64,000 nucleotides of DNA, taken from Squalus acanthias. Taxonomy: Eukaryota. Under the pieces are notes generated by a model. That model saw nothing but the letters and a program-made list of their open reading frames with translations, did no database searches and had not been told where the DNA came from. The position numbers and the translations under genes are program-made. The stretch is taken from contig JASTWF010000367.1 in the NCBI GenBank assembly GCA_030390025.1, positions 248,001 through 312,000 of the forward strand, read 5' to 3'. Positions 25,701 to 38,092 of this stretch are shown here, one piece after another (position 1 is the first letter of the stretch; each line of letters starts with the position of its first letter).

Positions 25701-26592
25701 ATTGTGAAGAGGACATAAGGAGGCTACAAAGGGATATAGATAGGTTAAGTGAGTGGGCAAAGATCTGGCAAATGGAGTATAACGTGGGAGAACGTGAAAT
25801 TGTCAATTTTGCCAGGAAGAATAAAAAATAAGCATATTATCTAAATGGTGAGAGATTGCAGAGCTCTGAGATGCAGAATGATCTCGGTGTCCTAGTGCAT
25901 GAATCGCAAAAGTTGACTACGCAGGTACAGCAAGTAATTAGGAACGCTAATAGAATGTTAACGTTTATTTCGAGGGGAATTGAATACAAAAGTAGGGAGG
26001 TTATGCTTCAGTTATACAGGGTATTGGTGAGACCACATCTGGAGTACTGTGTACAGTATTGGTCTCCTTATTTAAGGAAGGATGTAAATGTGCTGGAAGC
26101 AGTTCAGAGAAGGTTTACTGGACTAATACCTGGAATGGACGGGTTGTCTTATGAGGAAAGGTTGGACAGGCTAGGCTTGTATCCGCTGGAGTTTAGAAGA
26201 ATAAGAGATGACTTGATTGAAACATATAAGATGCTGAGGGGTCTGGACAGTGTGGATGTGGAGAGGATGTTTCCTCTTGTGGGAGAATCTAGAACTAGGG
26301 GACACTGTTTAAAAAATAAGGGGTCGCCCATTTAAGACAGAGATGAGGAGATATGTTTTCTGACAGAGGGTCGTGAGTCTTTGGAACTCTCTTCCTCAGA
26401 GGGCGGTGGAAGCAGAGTCTTAGAAGAATTTTAAGGCAGAGGTAGATATATTCTTGTTAAGCAAGGGGGTGATAAGTTATCGGGGGTAGGCGGGAATGTG
26501 GAGTAATCAGATCAGCCATGATCTTATTGAATGGCGGAGCAGTCTCGAAGGGCCGAGTACCCTACTCCTGCTCCTAATTCATATGTTCGTAT
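19751..26592 (+). mobile_element. CR1 LINE (ORF2 to 3' tail), decayed; host of the nested CR1 at 21330-25154
   Basis: LNARSIRNK, ITETWL, MGDFN and SDHN endonuclease motifs. RT resumes at 25155 (IANVTPLF). 3' UTR ends ..CATATGTTCGTAT. Confidence 0.92.
21330..25154 (-). mobile_element. Young CR1 LINE, 5'-truncated in ORF1; esterase ORF1 24406-25143; ORF2 nearly intact
   Basis: 366-aa APE endonuclease ORF and 673-aa RT ORF (KFADD) are in one frame, separated by TAG at 23260-23262. (GTTTCTAT)n tail. AATAG direct repeat at 21325-21329 and 25155-25159. Confidence 0.96.
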
Positions 26593-27283
26593 GGGTGAGT
26601 GTGAGGGGTGGCTAGTGAGATGGGGAAGTGATTATGTAGATAGAGAGGGATGGGTGAAGGTGCAAGGTAAGTAGTGTGAGTAAAGATGTGCAGGATTAGG
26701 ATAGGGAAGGTAGAATGATGGGGATGTGATCAGTGGAACAGCAGGATGAGGTTGAGTGTGGCGTCGCAGTAACTTTTCGTGATCTATTGGCATTAGTGAA
26801 AGCTTTGCCCCACTAAAGCCAGGTCCTCCTGACGACATCCCTGATTGTGTCCTCCTGTACAATGTACAACCAGGCTGCGTTAGTCTAAGGCTCTTCCCCC
26901 CAATAGAAGGGAACAGAATCTCCCTGTGGGCTGTGATTCCCTCCATAAGCAAATGGAGGGAGTCATGGGAGAGCCTGGGTGCCGCCACGCACCTATGTGC
27001 AGTGCTTCTCAATGTTAGCAGCGCTTCAATGCTGTAAAACACTGACAGCACAACTGTCAAACTAAATTGGAGCATGATCCCTTTAAGGAAACCGGCTGCT
27101 GATGCGCATCGGTGACGTCACCAGACCCGCTTCCTCTAATTGGGCGGGAAACGCGCTGGGCGGAGCTTAACAAGTCAATCAGGAGAAAGCCGTTTTACAC
27201 ATAGGGCAGCGACCCGCCACCGACCCTACGTCACCCGAACCGCCCAGGTGGGAAATCGCGCAGGAAAACCGGGTTATATATAT

Positions 27284-27999
27284 GGGCCAGAAATTCGGCT
27301 CTTGTCGGGTGAGTACGCGTTGCGTACTCACCCGTAAGGCCTTCTGCGCATGCGCGGGAAACCGGAACTTCCGTTCCCGTGAAGGGAGGGTTCAGAAGTC
27401 GAACGCGTGCGCGGGAGAGGTTGCGCGCACGCAGCGAACAACGTTTTTTTTTCAGGTTTCCCCAGGAGGGTAAGTATGAAGAAGCTGCACTTTTAAAAAG
27501 GAGGCACAAGGCCTGTTTTTAACAAGGTAAGTGGTTAATTAATTACAATTTAAACATTTTTTCAACAGGTTTATCTTTTTTAGATACTTTAGAGAAAGGT
27601 AAGTTTATTTTTAGCACCGTTAAAAAGAATAAATAATTTTATCAAAAACTTAATTTATGTAATTTATAGTTATTTTAAAAATGTGATTTAAAAATAAAAT
27701 GTATTTGAAATTTAATTGTGGTTTTGGGGCCGATCTCTATTCATAGATTTTACAGGTCTTCTTGTCAAATCTATGAATGAAAATGCCCTGCTCCGATTGG
27801 CTCTCCATGGCCCACGTGATCCCAGGGGACGCTTCAAACTAACTGCACCCCTGGGATACGCAAGCACTGCACGCCGGCAGCTGAAGGAGGCCCAGGAGCC
27901 GAAGTCATCCTGGGCACGAAACACAACAGCAGGCACGGTAGGCAAGTACGCGCGCGATGCTTGCACCTGCAGGAAGCCGGAAAGTGGAATTTCTGGCCC
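27284..27999. mobile_element. MITE copy 3 (inverted relative to copies 1 and 2)
   Basis: Perfect inverted repeat ATGGGCCAGAAATTC (27282-27296) / GAATTTCTGGCCCAT (27987-28001). Same internal modules in reverse orientation. Confidence 0.82.
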
Positions 28000-28111
28000 A
28001 TTAATTTCCTGAAGTACTTTCAGTGACTGCTATAATATCCGAGAGAGAAAAATATATCAGATCCGGGGTTTGATTCAGTTTATTTCTCACTCTCCGTCTC
28101 TTTGTGTTTAG

Positions 28112-28198
28112 ACTAAGGGGCAATAACCTGGGAGATTCAGCAGTGAAACTACTGTCTGCGGCTCTGAGGAACCCGGACTGTAAAATAAAGGAACTGCG
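28112..28198 (+). CDS. NLR LRR exon, 87 nt (LRGNNLGDSAVKLLSAALRNPDCKIKELR)
   Basis: Ribonuclease-inhibitor-type LRR. Acceptor tgtttag, donor gtaagt, phase 2-2. Confidence 0.9.
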
Positions 28199-28339
28199 GT
28201 AAGTACCAGACTTTGCGAGATTGTGTTTATATTAACTGGATGTCTGACACTGAACATTATTATGCGTACCAGTAATACTGTTGTTAATAAACAATGGGGA
28301 TTTACTCTGATTCCTGTTATTTCTCTCTTTGCTCCCCAG

Positions 28340-28507
28340 GTTGGATGGCGTCGGTCTCACAGATTCTTGTGCCGAGGATCTCGCCTCCGCTCTCAGTGCA
28401 AACCGGTCACTGACGGATCTGGACCTGGGATCAAACTCCTTCACAGACCGATCTGTCCCCGCTCTCTGCCGCCTCACACTGAACTGCAGGAGTCTACAGC
28501 TGATCGA
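28340..28507 (+). CDS. NLR LRR exon, 168 nt (LDGVGLTDSCAEDLASALSANRSLTDLDLGSNSFTD...)
   Basis: Two RI-type LRRs. Acceptor ctccccag, donor gtgagt, phase 2-2. Confidence 0.9.
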
Positions 28508-28669
28508 GTGAGTGTTTGTGTTAATGTTTAATGTAATAAAAAAATATAAATGGAATTCAGTCACATTTATGGGTAGCATTTGTCTGTTAGTATTATTGAA
28601 ATGTTAACCCCCGTCTCCCTGTTATTGTCACTGCTGTTTATTTCCTGTTTAATCTTTAATCTGTTTCAG

Positions 28670-28757
28670 GCTGGGCTGGAATCAGTTCAGTTCAACCGGA
28701 AAGAGACTCCTGGAGTCGCTGCAGGGAACAAGAAGCGGACTGAGTGTGGTTGTGTGA
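28670..28757 (+). CDS. NLR terminal coding exon (LGWNQFSSTGKRLLESLQGTRSGLSVVV*)
   Basis: Acceptor ctgtttcag, LxxNxF LRR start, TGA at 28755-28757. Confidence 0.8.
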
Positions 28758-29052
28758 ACATTTCAATTGATGACCAACGCTGCTCTCATTGTATGACAAT
28801 TTTTGGCCGATTATCTTCCCCTCCCCTTTAATCGGGCGCGCTCAATGTTTAAATCCTATCGGCCCCTTTAAGGGTTTCCAACTCGAGCTGAGCGAGCGTC
28901 ATCTCCCATTGTGACGTCAGAGGATCAGACACAGGGTCCCGCTACACAGCGCCCATGACTTCAACTGCCAAGTCACTAAACTCTGGAATTCCCTCCATAA
29001 ACCTCTTTGCAGTTCTACCTCTCTCTCCCCCTCCTCCTTTAAAGGCTTCTTA

Positions 29053-32000
29053 AAACATAGAGACATAGAATTATACAGCAGAGAAAGAGGCCCTTCGGCC
29101 CATCGTGTCCGCGCCGGCCATCAAGCCCTGTCTATTCTAATCCCATTTTCCAGCACTTGGTCCGTAGCCTTGTATGCCATGGCGTTTCAAGTGCTCATCT
29201 AAATGCTTCTTGAATGTTGTGAGGGTTCCTGCCTCTACCACCATTTCAGGCAGTGAGTTCCAGATTCCAACCACCTTATGGCTGAAAATGTTTTTCCTCA
29301 AATCTTCTCTAAACCTCCTGCCCCTTACCTTGAATCTATGCCCCCTGGTTATTGACCCCTCTGCTAAGGGGAAATGTTCCTTTCTATCTACCCTATCTAT
29401 GCCCCTCATAATTTTGTACACCTCAATCAGGACCCCCTCAGCCTTCTCTGCTCTACGGAAAACAACCCCAGCCACTCCAGTCTCTCTTCATAGCTGAAGC
29501 GCTACAGACCAGGTAATATCCTGGTGAACCGCATCTGCACCCTCTCCAATGCAATCACATCCTTCCTATAGTGTAGCGACCAGAACTGCACACAGTATTC
29601 CAGCTGTGGTCTAACTAGCGTTTTGTACAACTCCATCATAACCTCCCTGCTCTTATGTTCTATGCCTCGGCTAATGAAGGCAAGCATCCCATATGCCTTT
29701 TAAACCACCTTATCTACCTGTCCTGCAGCCTTCAGGGATCTATGTACATGCACACCAAGGTCCCTCTGATCCTCTGCCCTTCCTAGGGTTCTACCATTCA
29801 TTGTGTATTCCCTTGCCTTGTTAGTACTCCCAAAATGCATCACCTCACACTTTTCAGGGTTAAATTCCATTTGCCACTGTTCTGCCCATCTGACCAACCC
29901 GTCTATATCGTCCTGTAGCCTGAGGCTTCCCTCCTCGCTATTTAACACCCCACCAATTTTCGTGTCATCTGCAAACTTACTGATCATACCTCCTATACTC
30001 ATATCTAAATCATTAACGTACACTACAAACAGCAAGGGACTCAGCACCGATCCCTGTGGTACACCACTGGACACAGGCTTCCAGTCACAAAAACAACCTG
30101 CGAGCATCGCCCGCTGCCTCCTGCCACTAAGCCAATTTTGGATCCAATGTGCCAAGTTGCCCTGGATCCGATGGGCTTTTATCTTCTTGACCAGTCTCCC
30201 ATGCGGGGCTTTGTCAAAAGCCTTACTGAAGTCCACGTAGACCACATCAACTGCACTACCCTCATCCACACACCTAGTCTGCCCCTCAAAAAAATTAATC
30301 AAATTGGTCAGACATGATCTCCCCCTGACAAAGCCATGCTGACTATTCTTGATTAATCCTTGCCTCTCCAAGTGAGCATGTTGCGGAGATGCCGGTGTTG
30401 GACTGGGGTGGACAAAAGTGAGAAGTCGCACAACATCAGGTTATAGTCCAACAGCTTTATTTGAAATCACAAGCTTTCGGAGCGCTGCTCCTTCGTCAGG
30501 TGAAGTCCTGACGAAACCTGACGAAGGAGCAGCGCTCCGAAAGCTTGTGATTTCAAATAAAGCTGTTGGACTATAACCTGGTGTTGTGCGACATCTCACT
30601 TTTCTCGAAGTGGAGACTGATTCTGCCCGTCAGAATTTTTTCCAATAATTTCCCTACCACTGATGTTAGGCTCAATGGCCTGTAATTCCCTGGTTTATCA
30701 CTAATACCCTTCTTGAATAATGGTACTACGTTAGCTGTTCACCAGTCCTCTGGCACCTCCCCTGTGTCCAGAGAGGTTCTCAAAATTTGTGTCAGAGCCC
30801 CTGCAATCTGCTCCCTTGCCTCACACAGCAGCCTGGGATACATCTCGTCTGGGCCTGGGGATTTATCCACTTTTAAGCCTGCTAAAACCGCTAGTACCTC
30901 CTCCCTCTAAATACTAATTTGTTCAAGTATATCACAATCCCCCTTCCTGATTTCTATGCCTACATCGTCCTTCTCCACAGTGAACACAGATGCAAAATAT
31001 TAATTTAAAACCCCACCTACATCTTTTGGCTCTACACACAGATTGCCACTTTGATCTCTAATGGGTCCTACTCTTTCCCTGGTTATCCTCTTGCCCTTAA
31101 TATACTTATAAAACACCTTGGGTTTGCCTTTATTTTGCCCGCCAGTGTTATTTCATGCCCCCTCTTCGCCGACCTAATTTCTTTTTTAAGTACCCCCCTG
31201 CACTTTCTATACTCCTCTAGGACTTCCACTGTTTTTAGTCCTTTGTATCTGCCAAAAGCCTCCCTTTTTTTCCTAATCCATTCTCGTATATCCCTTGACA
31301 TCCAGGGTTCCCTGGGCTTGTTGGTCCCACCCTTGACCTTTAAGGGAACATGTTGCCGTTGTACTCTCTCTATTTTCTTTCTGAAAGACTCCCACTGCTC
31401 TGATGTGGATTTTCATACCAGTAGCTGATCCCAGTCCACTTTGTCCAGATCCTGCCTTATCATATTAAAATCGGCCTTCCCCCAATTTAGAACCTTTATC
31501 TCCGGTCCATCTTTGTCCTTTTCCATGACTACCTTAAATCTCACCGAATTATGGTCACTGTCACCAAAATGCTCTCCTACTAACACTTCTACCACTTGAC
31601 CGGCTACATTCCCTAGAATTAGGACCAGTACCGCCCCCTCTCTTGTCGGACTTTCTACATGCTGGCTCAAAAAGCTCTCCTAGATGCACTTTAAGAATTC
31701 CGCACCCTCGAAGCCTTTCACACTCTGACTATCCCAGTTAATATTGGGGATGCTGAAATCCCCTACTATTATTACCCTATTATTTCTAGACTTCTCTATG
31801 ATTTGCCTACATATCTGTTCCTCTATCTCCCCCTGACAGTTTGGGGGCATATAGTACACTCCCAGCAAAGTGATTGCCCGGTTTTTTTTTAAGTTCTACC
31901 CACATGGCCTCATTTAAGGAACCTACTAAGATATCATCCTTCCTTACAGCAGTAATTGACTTCTTGATTAATATTGCGACACCCCCTCCTCTTTTACACC

Positions 32001-33570
32001 CCCCTCTGTCTCGCCTGAAGATTCTATACCCCGGAATATTGAGCTGCCAGTCCTGCCCCTCCCTCAACCATGTCTCTGTGATAGCAACAATATCAAACTC
32101 CCATGTGTTCATCAACACCTTCAATTCATCTCCCTTACTCGCAAATTCCTTGCATTAAAATAAATGCCATCCAGCCTTGCCATACTTCCTTGTGCCGTTA
32201 CATATTTGCTCTGCCTTCCAGGCTGACTTGTTTTTTCCTCTATATTTGGCTGTACATCACCCCCTACTATAGCTCCACTCCGTATACCATTTCTCTGCTA
32301 AGTTAGGTTAAACGCCTCCCCCCCGCCAATAGTATTGGCATACCTCCCCGCAAGGATGTTTGTCCCGTTCCGATTCAGGTGCAACCCGTCTGATTTGTAC
32401 AGGTCCCGCCTTCCCCAGAAGCAGACCCAGTGATCCAGGAAACTAAAGCCCTCTCTCCTGCACCAACTCTTTCGCCACGCATTCATCTGCTCTATCCTCC
32501 TATTCCTATACTCACTTGCACGTGGCACCGAAAGTAATCCAGAGATTACAACCTTTGAGGTCCTGCTTTTTAATCTGCTACCTAGCTCCCTAAATTCTTG
32601 TTGCAGGACCTCATCCCTCTTTCTGCCCATGCCATTGGTACCAATGTGAACCACGACCTCGGACTGTTCGCCCTCCCCCTTCAGAATGACCTGCAGCCGT
32701 TCAGTGACATCCTTGACCCTAGCACCAGGGAGGCAACTTACCATCCTGGAGTCACGTATGCGGCCACAGAAACTTCTATCTGTTCCCCTTATTATAGAAT
32801 TCCCTATCACTATTTCTCTCCCACTCTTTTTCCTCCCCTCCTGTGCAGCTGAGCCAGTCGTAGTGCCACGGACTTGGCTCTTGCTGCACTCCCCTGACAA
32901 ACCCTCTCCCCCATCAGTATCCAAAACGGAAAATCTGTTGGAGAGGGAGATGGACCCAGGGGGCTCCTGCACTACCTTCCTAGTTCTTTTACTCTGTCTG
33001 GTGCTTACCCATTCCCTGTCTGCCTGAGCACTCTTTACCTGCGATGTGACCACCTTGTTAAATTTGCTATCCACGAAGATCTCAGCTTCACGGATGCTCC
33101 ACAGTGACTACAGCCGCAGCTCCAGCTCCGAAACGCGGATTTCGAGTAGCTGCAGCTGGAGACACTTCCTGCACATATGTTCACCCTGCACACCTAAAGT
33201 GTCCCTGACTTCCAACATAGCACAGGAGGAGTATTCCACGTTGCCGAGCTGCCCTGCCATATCCTACCCTTAATTTACTCCCTTTAAATTGAAGAATATT
33301 AAATACACTAGGGACCTTACTTCCCTTTAAACACTACTTACTCCAAACTAGAGTCCTTACTTTTACTTTAATGAGTAGAATGTAGAAATACTGTAGAAAT
33401 ACTCACCGCTGGTTCTCTGTCCCCTCTTGTGCAGCTTTTTAGCTCCTGCTCTCCTGGAAGCTGATAAAGATGGAAAAAGAAAGGAACACCTCCCTCCCCG
33501 CACTCCCTCACTCACCAAACTCGCAGTTTGAATCTCTGTTCCAATCTGCACTCCGTGACAAACTGCACTC
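29053..33570 (-). mobile_element. Near full-length decayed CR1 LINE (ORF1 zinc finger/esterase about 32298-33260, fragmented ORF2)
   Basis: ORF1 VIGNSIIR/HIGTN/DGLHL, endonuclease ITETWL, RT KFADDTKIGG, 3' tail near 29053-29070. Confidence 0.93.
30375..30602. mobile_element. Short palindromic Penelope-type insertion with two inverted hammerhead motifs
   Basis: 88-bp inverted arms 30414-30501 / 30516-30603 (2 mismatches). Each arm carries CTGACGA-a-GGAGC-agc-GCTCC-GAAA-GCTT. Flanked by TCTCCAAGTG (30365-30374) / TCTCGAAGTG (30603-30612). Confidence 0.8.
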
Positions 33571-36210
33571 TAGTATGTGTGGAGATAAGGAATAACAAGG
33601 GACAGAAAACACTGGTAGGAGTAGTATATAGGCCCCCTAAAAATAGCTATACCTTTGGACAGAATATTAATCAAGAAATAGTAGGAGCTTGCAACAAAGC
33701 TAATGCAATAATCTTGGGGGCTTTTAATCTTCATATAGACTGGACAAAGCAAATTGGCAAAGGAAGTCTGGAGGACGAGTTCATGGATGGCATTCTGGAC
33801 AGTTTCCTAGAACAAAATGTCATGGAACCAACCAGGGAACAGGCTATTTTAGATCTTGTAACGTGTAATGAGACAGGGTTAATTAGCAATCTCATACTAA
33901 AGGAACCTCTCGGTCAGAGTGATCATAATGTGATAGAATTTTACATTCATTTTGAAAGTGACTAGCCTAAGCCCGAAACAAGAGGCTTAAACTTAAATAA
34001 ATCCAATTAAATAGGTATGAGGGGCGAGTTGGCTAAGGTAGATTGGAAAAAAAGATTAAAATGTATGGCGGTAGATAAGCAGTGGCTCGCATTTAAAGAC
34101 ATATTTCATAATTCTCAACAAAAATACATTCTATCGAGAAACAAAAACACCAGGTTAAAAGTGATCCAACCGTGGCTAACTAAATACGTTAAGGATAGCA
34201 TTAGATTAAAAGAAGAAGCGTATAATGTTCCAAAGAATAATAGTAAGCCTGAGGATTGGGAGAGTTTCAGAAAACAGTAAAGGTTGTCCAAAAAATTGAT
34301 AAAAAGTGAGAAAATAGAATGAGAGAATAATAGGAAGATATATAAAAGCAGATTGTAAGAGTTTCTACAAGTATGTAAGAAGGAAAAGAGTAGCAGAAGT
34401 AAACGTTGGTCCTTTAGAAGCTGAGACAGGAGCAATTATTATGGGGAATAAGGAAATGGCAGAAACGTTAAATAAATATTTTGTATCTGTCATCACAATA
34501 GAAGACACAAAAAGCATGTAAAAAATGGCGGGGAACCAAGGATCTAATGAGGGTGCGGAACTTAATGTAATTAATATAAGTAAAGAAAAAAGTACTAGAG
34601 AAAATAATGGCACCAAAAGCCGACAAATCCCCTGGACCTGACGGGCTACATCCTAGGGTTCAAAAAGAGATGGCTGAAGAAATACTGGATGCATTTGTTT
34701 TGATCTTCCAAAATTCCCTAGATTCTGTAATGGTCCCAGCTGATTGGAAGGTCGCACATGTAACACCGCTATTCAAGAAAGGAGGGAGAGAGAAAACAGG
34801 GATCTCGAGTCCAGTTAGCCTGACATCAGTCGTCGGGAAAATGCTGGAGTCCATTGGTAAGGAAGTGATATCAAGTCACTTAGAAGATCATGATATGATT
34901 AGGCAGTGTCAATATGGTTTTATGAAAGGGAAATCGTGTATGACAAATTTATTACAGTTTTTTGAGGATTTAACTAGCAGGGTAGTTAAAGGCGAACCAG
35001 TGGATGTAGTATATTTGGATTTCCAAAAGGCATTCGATAAGTTGCCACATAAAATATTATTAAACAAGATTAGGGGTCATGGGGTTGGGTGTCATACAGT
35101 AGCATGGATAGAGGATTGGTAATTGGACAGAAAACATAGAGTAGGGATAAAATGATCTTTTTCAGGTTGGCAGGCTGTATCTAGTGGGGTGCCACAAGTT
35201 TCAGTGTTGGGGCCTCAGCTATTTACAATCTATATTAATGACCTAGATGAAGGGACCGAGTGTAATGCATCCACGTTTGCTGACGATACAAAGCTAGGTG
35301 GGACAGTAAGCTGTGAGGAGAAAACAGTCTGCATAGGGATATAGATAGAATAAGTTAGTAGGCAGTAAGGTGGCAGTTCGAGTATAATGTAGGGAAATGA
35401 GAGGTTATTCACTTTGGTAGGAAGAATAGAAAAACAGAATATCTTTTAGATGGTGAGAAACTTTCAAATGGTGGTGTTCAGAGAGATTTGGGTGGCCTCC
35501 TTCAAGAATCACAGAAAGCTAGCATGCAGGTACAGCAAACAATAAGGAAGGCAAATGGCATGTTGGACTTTATTGCAAGGGGGTTGGAGTATAAGAGTAG
35601 GAAAGTTTTGCTCTAATTCTACAGGGCCTTGGTGAGACCAAACCTGGAGTACTGTGCAAAGTTCTGATCTCCGTATCTGAGGAAGGATATACTTGCCTTG
35701 GAGGCGGTGCAACGAAGGATTACTAGATTGATTTCTGAGAAAGAGGGTTTTCCAATTATGGGAGATTGTGTAGAATTGCACTATACTCTCTGGAGTTTAG
35801 AAGAATGAGAGGTGATCTCATTGAAACATACAGAAGTCTGAAAGGGATTGACAGGGTAGATGCAGAGAGCTTTTTTTCCCCTGGCTGGAGTATCTAGAAC
35901 TAGGGGGCATAGTCTCGGGGTAAGGGGTAGGCCATTTAAGACTGAGATGTGGAGAAATTTCTTCACTCAGAGGGTTGTGAATCTGTGGAATTCGCTGCCC
36001 CAGAGGGCTATGAATGCTGAGTCTTGCAGTATATTCAAGGCTGAGATAGATAGATTTTTGGACTCATGGGGAATCAATGGATTTAGAGATCGGTCGGGAA
36101 AGTGGAGTTGAGGTCGATGATCAGCCATGATCTTATTGAATGGCGGAGCAGGTTCGAGGGGCCGTATGGCCTACTCCTGCTCTTACTTCTTATGTTCTTA
36201 TGTTTCTATG
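33571..36210 (+). mobile_element. 5'-truncated decayed CR1 LINE
   Basis: [26 protein letters not shown] motifs with many stops. (TTCTTATG)n-like tail at about 36186-36210. Confidence 0.92.
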
Positions 36211-37903
36211 AAAGCGGAGAGACTGATTGTGTGAAGAGTACGTGGGATCTTGGAGTAACTTTGGGAGATGTGGGCTTAGAGTGAGGAGCTCAGACAACAG
36301 AGAAAGACACAAATTGACGTGAACCCTCCGCGAGACCTTTCTCACCAATTAGCACTAACATTTAAGTGAGGTTGAAAGGGTTTTTTATTAACATTAAGTG
36401 AAATTGGAATCAATCAGAAAACTATAGAAATTATTTTATATGTGCTAGTGATTCAACTGAAGCGTGTCACGCACTATATCCAATCATTACAATACATTAG
36501 TAAAGGTAATACATTCATAAAAATCATTGAAAATTGGAATTGAAACTAAACATTAGGAGTTTCTCAGCAATTATCTGTGAAAAATGCCTCCTTTAGTTTC
36601 ACCCCAATCTTGCATCTCTTTCTGTAGCCGGATCCTGAAATTTCGCTAAATTTTCAAAATCAAGAAGCTCAGTCCAGTACCGGTCTCTCATAATGCATTT
36701 TCAACCTCTGTCACGGGTGGACCTCAACTCCCAGAATGCAGCAGAGTCGCAGTGCACGTCAGTCTGTGTATCTCTCAATTCTACAATGCAGCATAACCCT
36801 GCCCCTACTCCTCTTCAGTCCAATTCCTCATTGAGGAGGTAAAGGAGTGAATGAAGGATTCATCTTCTTCCTTAGCATATATCTATCAGGATAATAATAT
36901 CCAGCTTTTCAACAGTGGGAGCTCCACGACGTGGGAAAGTACTTGGACTCACAACACAGGAGATTCTGTGTATTTGATGGTATGGGTCCCTTCAACACAA
37001 CACAACAAAATCCCTCTGTTTGTACTTCAATACAGCGCATATACCTGGGTCTCCAGCTTTGGATTTGTTACATTAGGGACAGGTACCACAGATTATCTCA
37101 TTAACAACTGTGAGGATGATTAAGATAAATCGGCAACTTAACAAAATTACGTTAAATTATAGAGTTCCTATTATTGCCTCCTAGACTGCAGTATATACAG
37201 TGACAGGAGTATTCCAATTAATTTTTGATAATCTTCCCTTCTTTCAAGATAATTTTCTTGCTTTCTTCGTTGTAAATCTTGACTGTTTAACTCCTCAGAT
37301 TGAGGTTAATCAGTTTACCTTTGCCTGTGTTACGCAGCGCATGGATGTTGCAGTTTGTTTACAGAGGGTTATGTTTGTCATGTGAGAAGCTTTTTATAAC
37401 ATAGTTGTCAACTTCAGAAGCAGATAAATAGGTTTGTGTCGATGACCCTCCTGGTAATTCAGTAAATAACATACAGAATACAGTTACCCAGTGAGCTGAA
37501 ATGTTCCGCCCGGCGCCCCTTCTTACTCCTAATTTCATATTTTGAACTTGTAGATATTTATGATTGAACTCCTTGCCAGAGCGAAGAATTTGAGCAATTT
37601 GTGCATTCTCCTTGTAACATTAAAACTGACATTAGGTCAACTGGAGGTGCCCTCTTTTTACACTTAGAAAGCACGATTTACTATAATTTATTCAAAACTG
37701 TGATTGTGAATTCCTGGAATCTCTGTTACTGAGCTGTGTGACATATAAAGTGCAGAAATATCCTTTCTATGATTAGCTTACCAGAACTGCCCACACAGCC
37801 CAAATGAGACAAGCTCAACACTTCTTGTAACAGCAATAACAAATTTCATTTGAACTCTATCCCTCTGATATGCTTGGGGCCATTCTAGAACAAAAGGGTG
37901 ATC

Positions 37904-38092
37904 GGGAACTGGCAGAGTGCGTGAACCCGTGAGACTGGGAACTGGCAGAGTGCGGGAACCCGTGGGACTGGGATCTGGCAGAGTGTGGGAACCCGTGGGA
38001 CTGGGAACTGGCAGAGTGCGGGAACCCGTGAGACTGGGATCTGGCAGAGTGTGGGAACCCGTGGGACTGGGAACTGGCAGAGTGTAGGATCC
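37904..38092. repeat. 33-bp minisatellite (GGGAACTGGCAGAGTGCGGGAACCCGTGGGACT), about 5.7 copies
   Basis: Direct tandem repeat with alternating unit variants. Confidence 0.92.

Larger units (their letters stand above)
18681..27270. mobile_element. Harbinger-derived element split into 18681-19750 and 26593-27270 by nested CR1s
   Basis: Both halves are collinear with the uninterrupted copy at 9425-10882. Subterminal inverted motif GTGGCGGGTCG (about 18718) / CGACCCGCCAC (about 27210). Myb-like relic at about 26760-26960. Confidence 0.65.
3998..28757 (+). pseudogene. NLR (NACHT-LRR, NLRP3/NLRC3-like) gene with a premature stop; six exons visible, 5' exon(s) not found in the window
   Basis: Exons 3998-4169, 4274-4339, 14975-16712, 28112-28198, 28340-28507 and 28670-28757 have AG/GT boundaries and join in frame (phases 1,1,2,2,2). 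In-frame TAA at 15751-15753. Confidence 0.85.

Noticed and set aside
33528..33965. Chimeric ORF across the head-to-head junction of two CR1s
   Set aside because: It starts at a non-ATG codon in one element's 5' end and runs into a truncated endonuclease of the other; nothing suggests function.
36700..37450. IL-1-family or serine-protease identity for the exon-like segments
   Set aside because: Exon phases and a few residues are loosely suggestive, but no diagnostic family signature is present.
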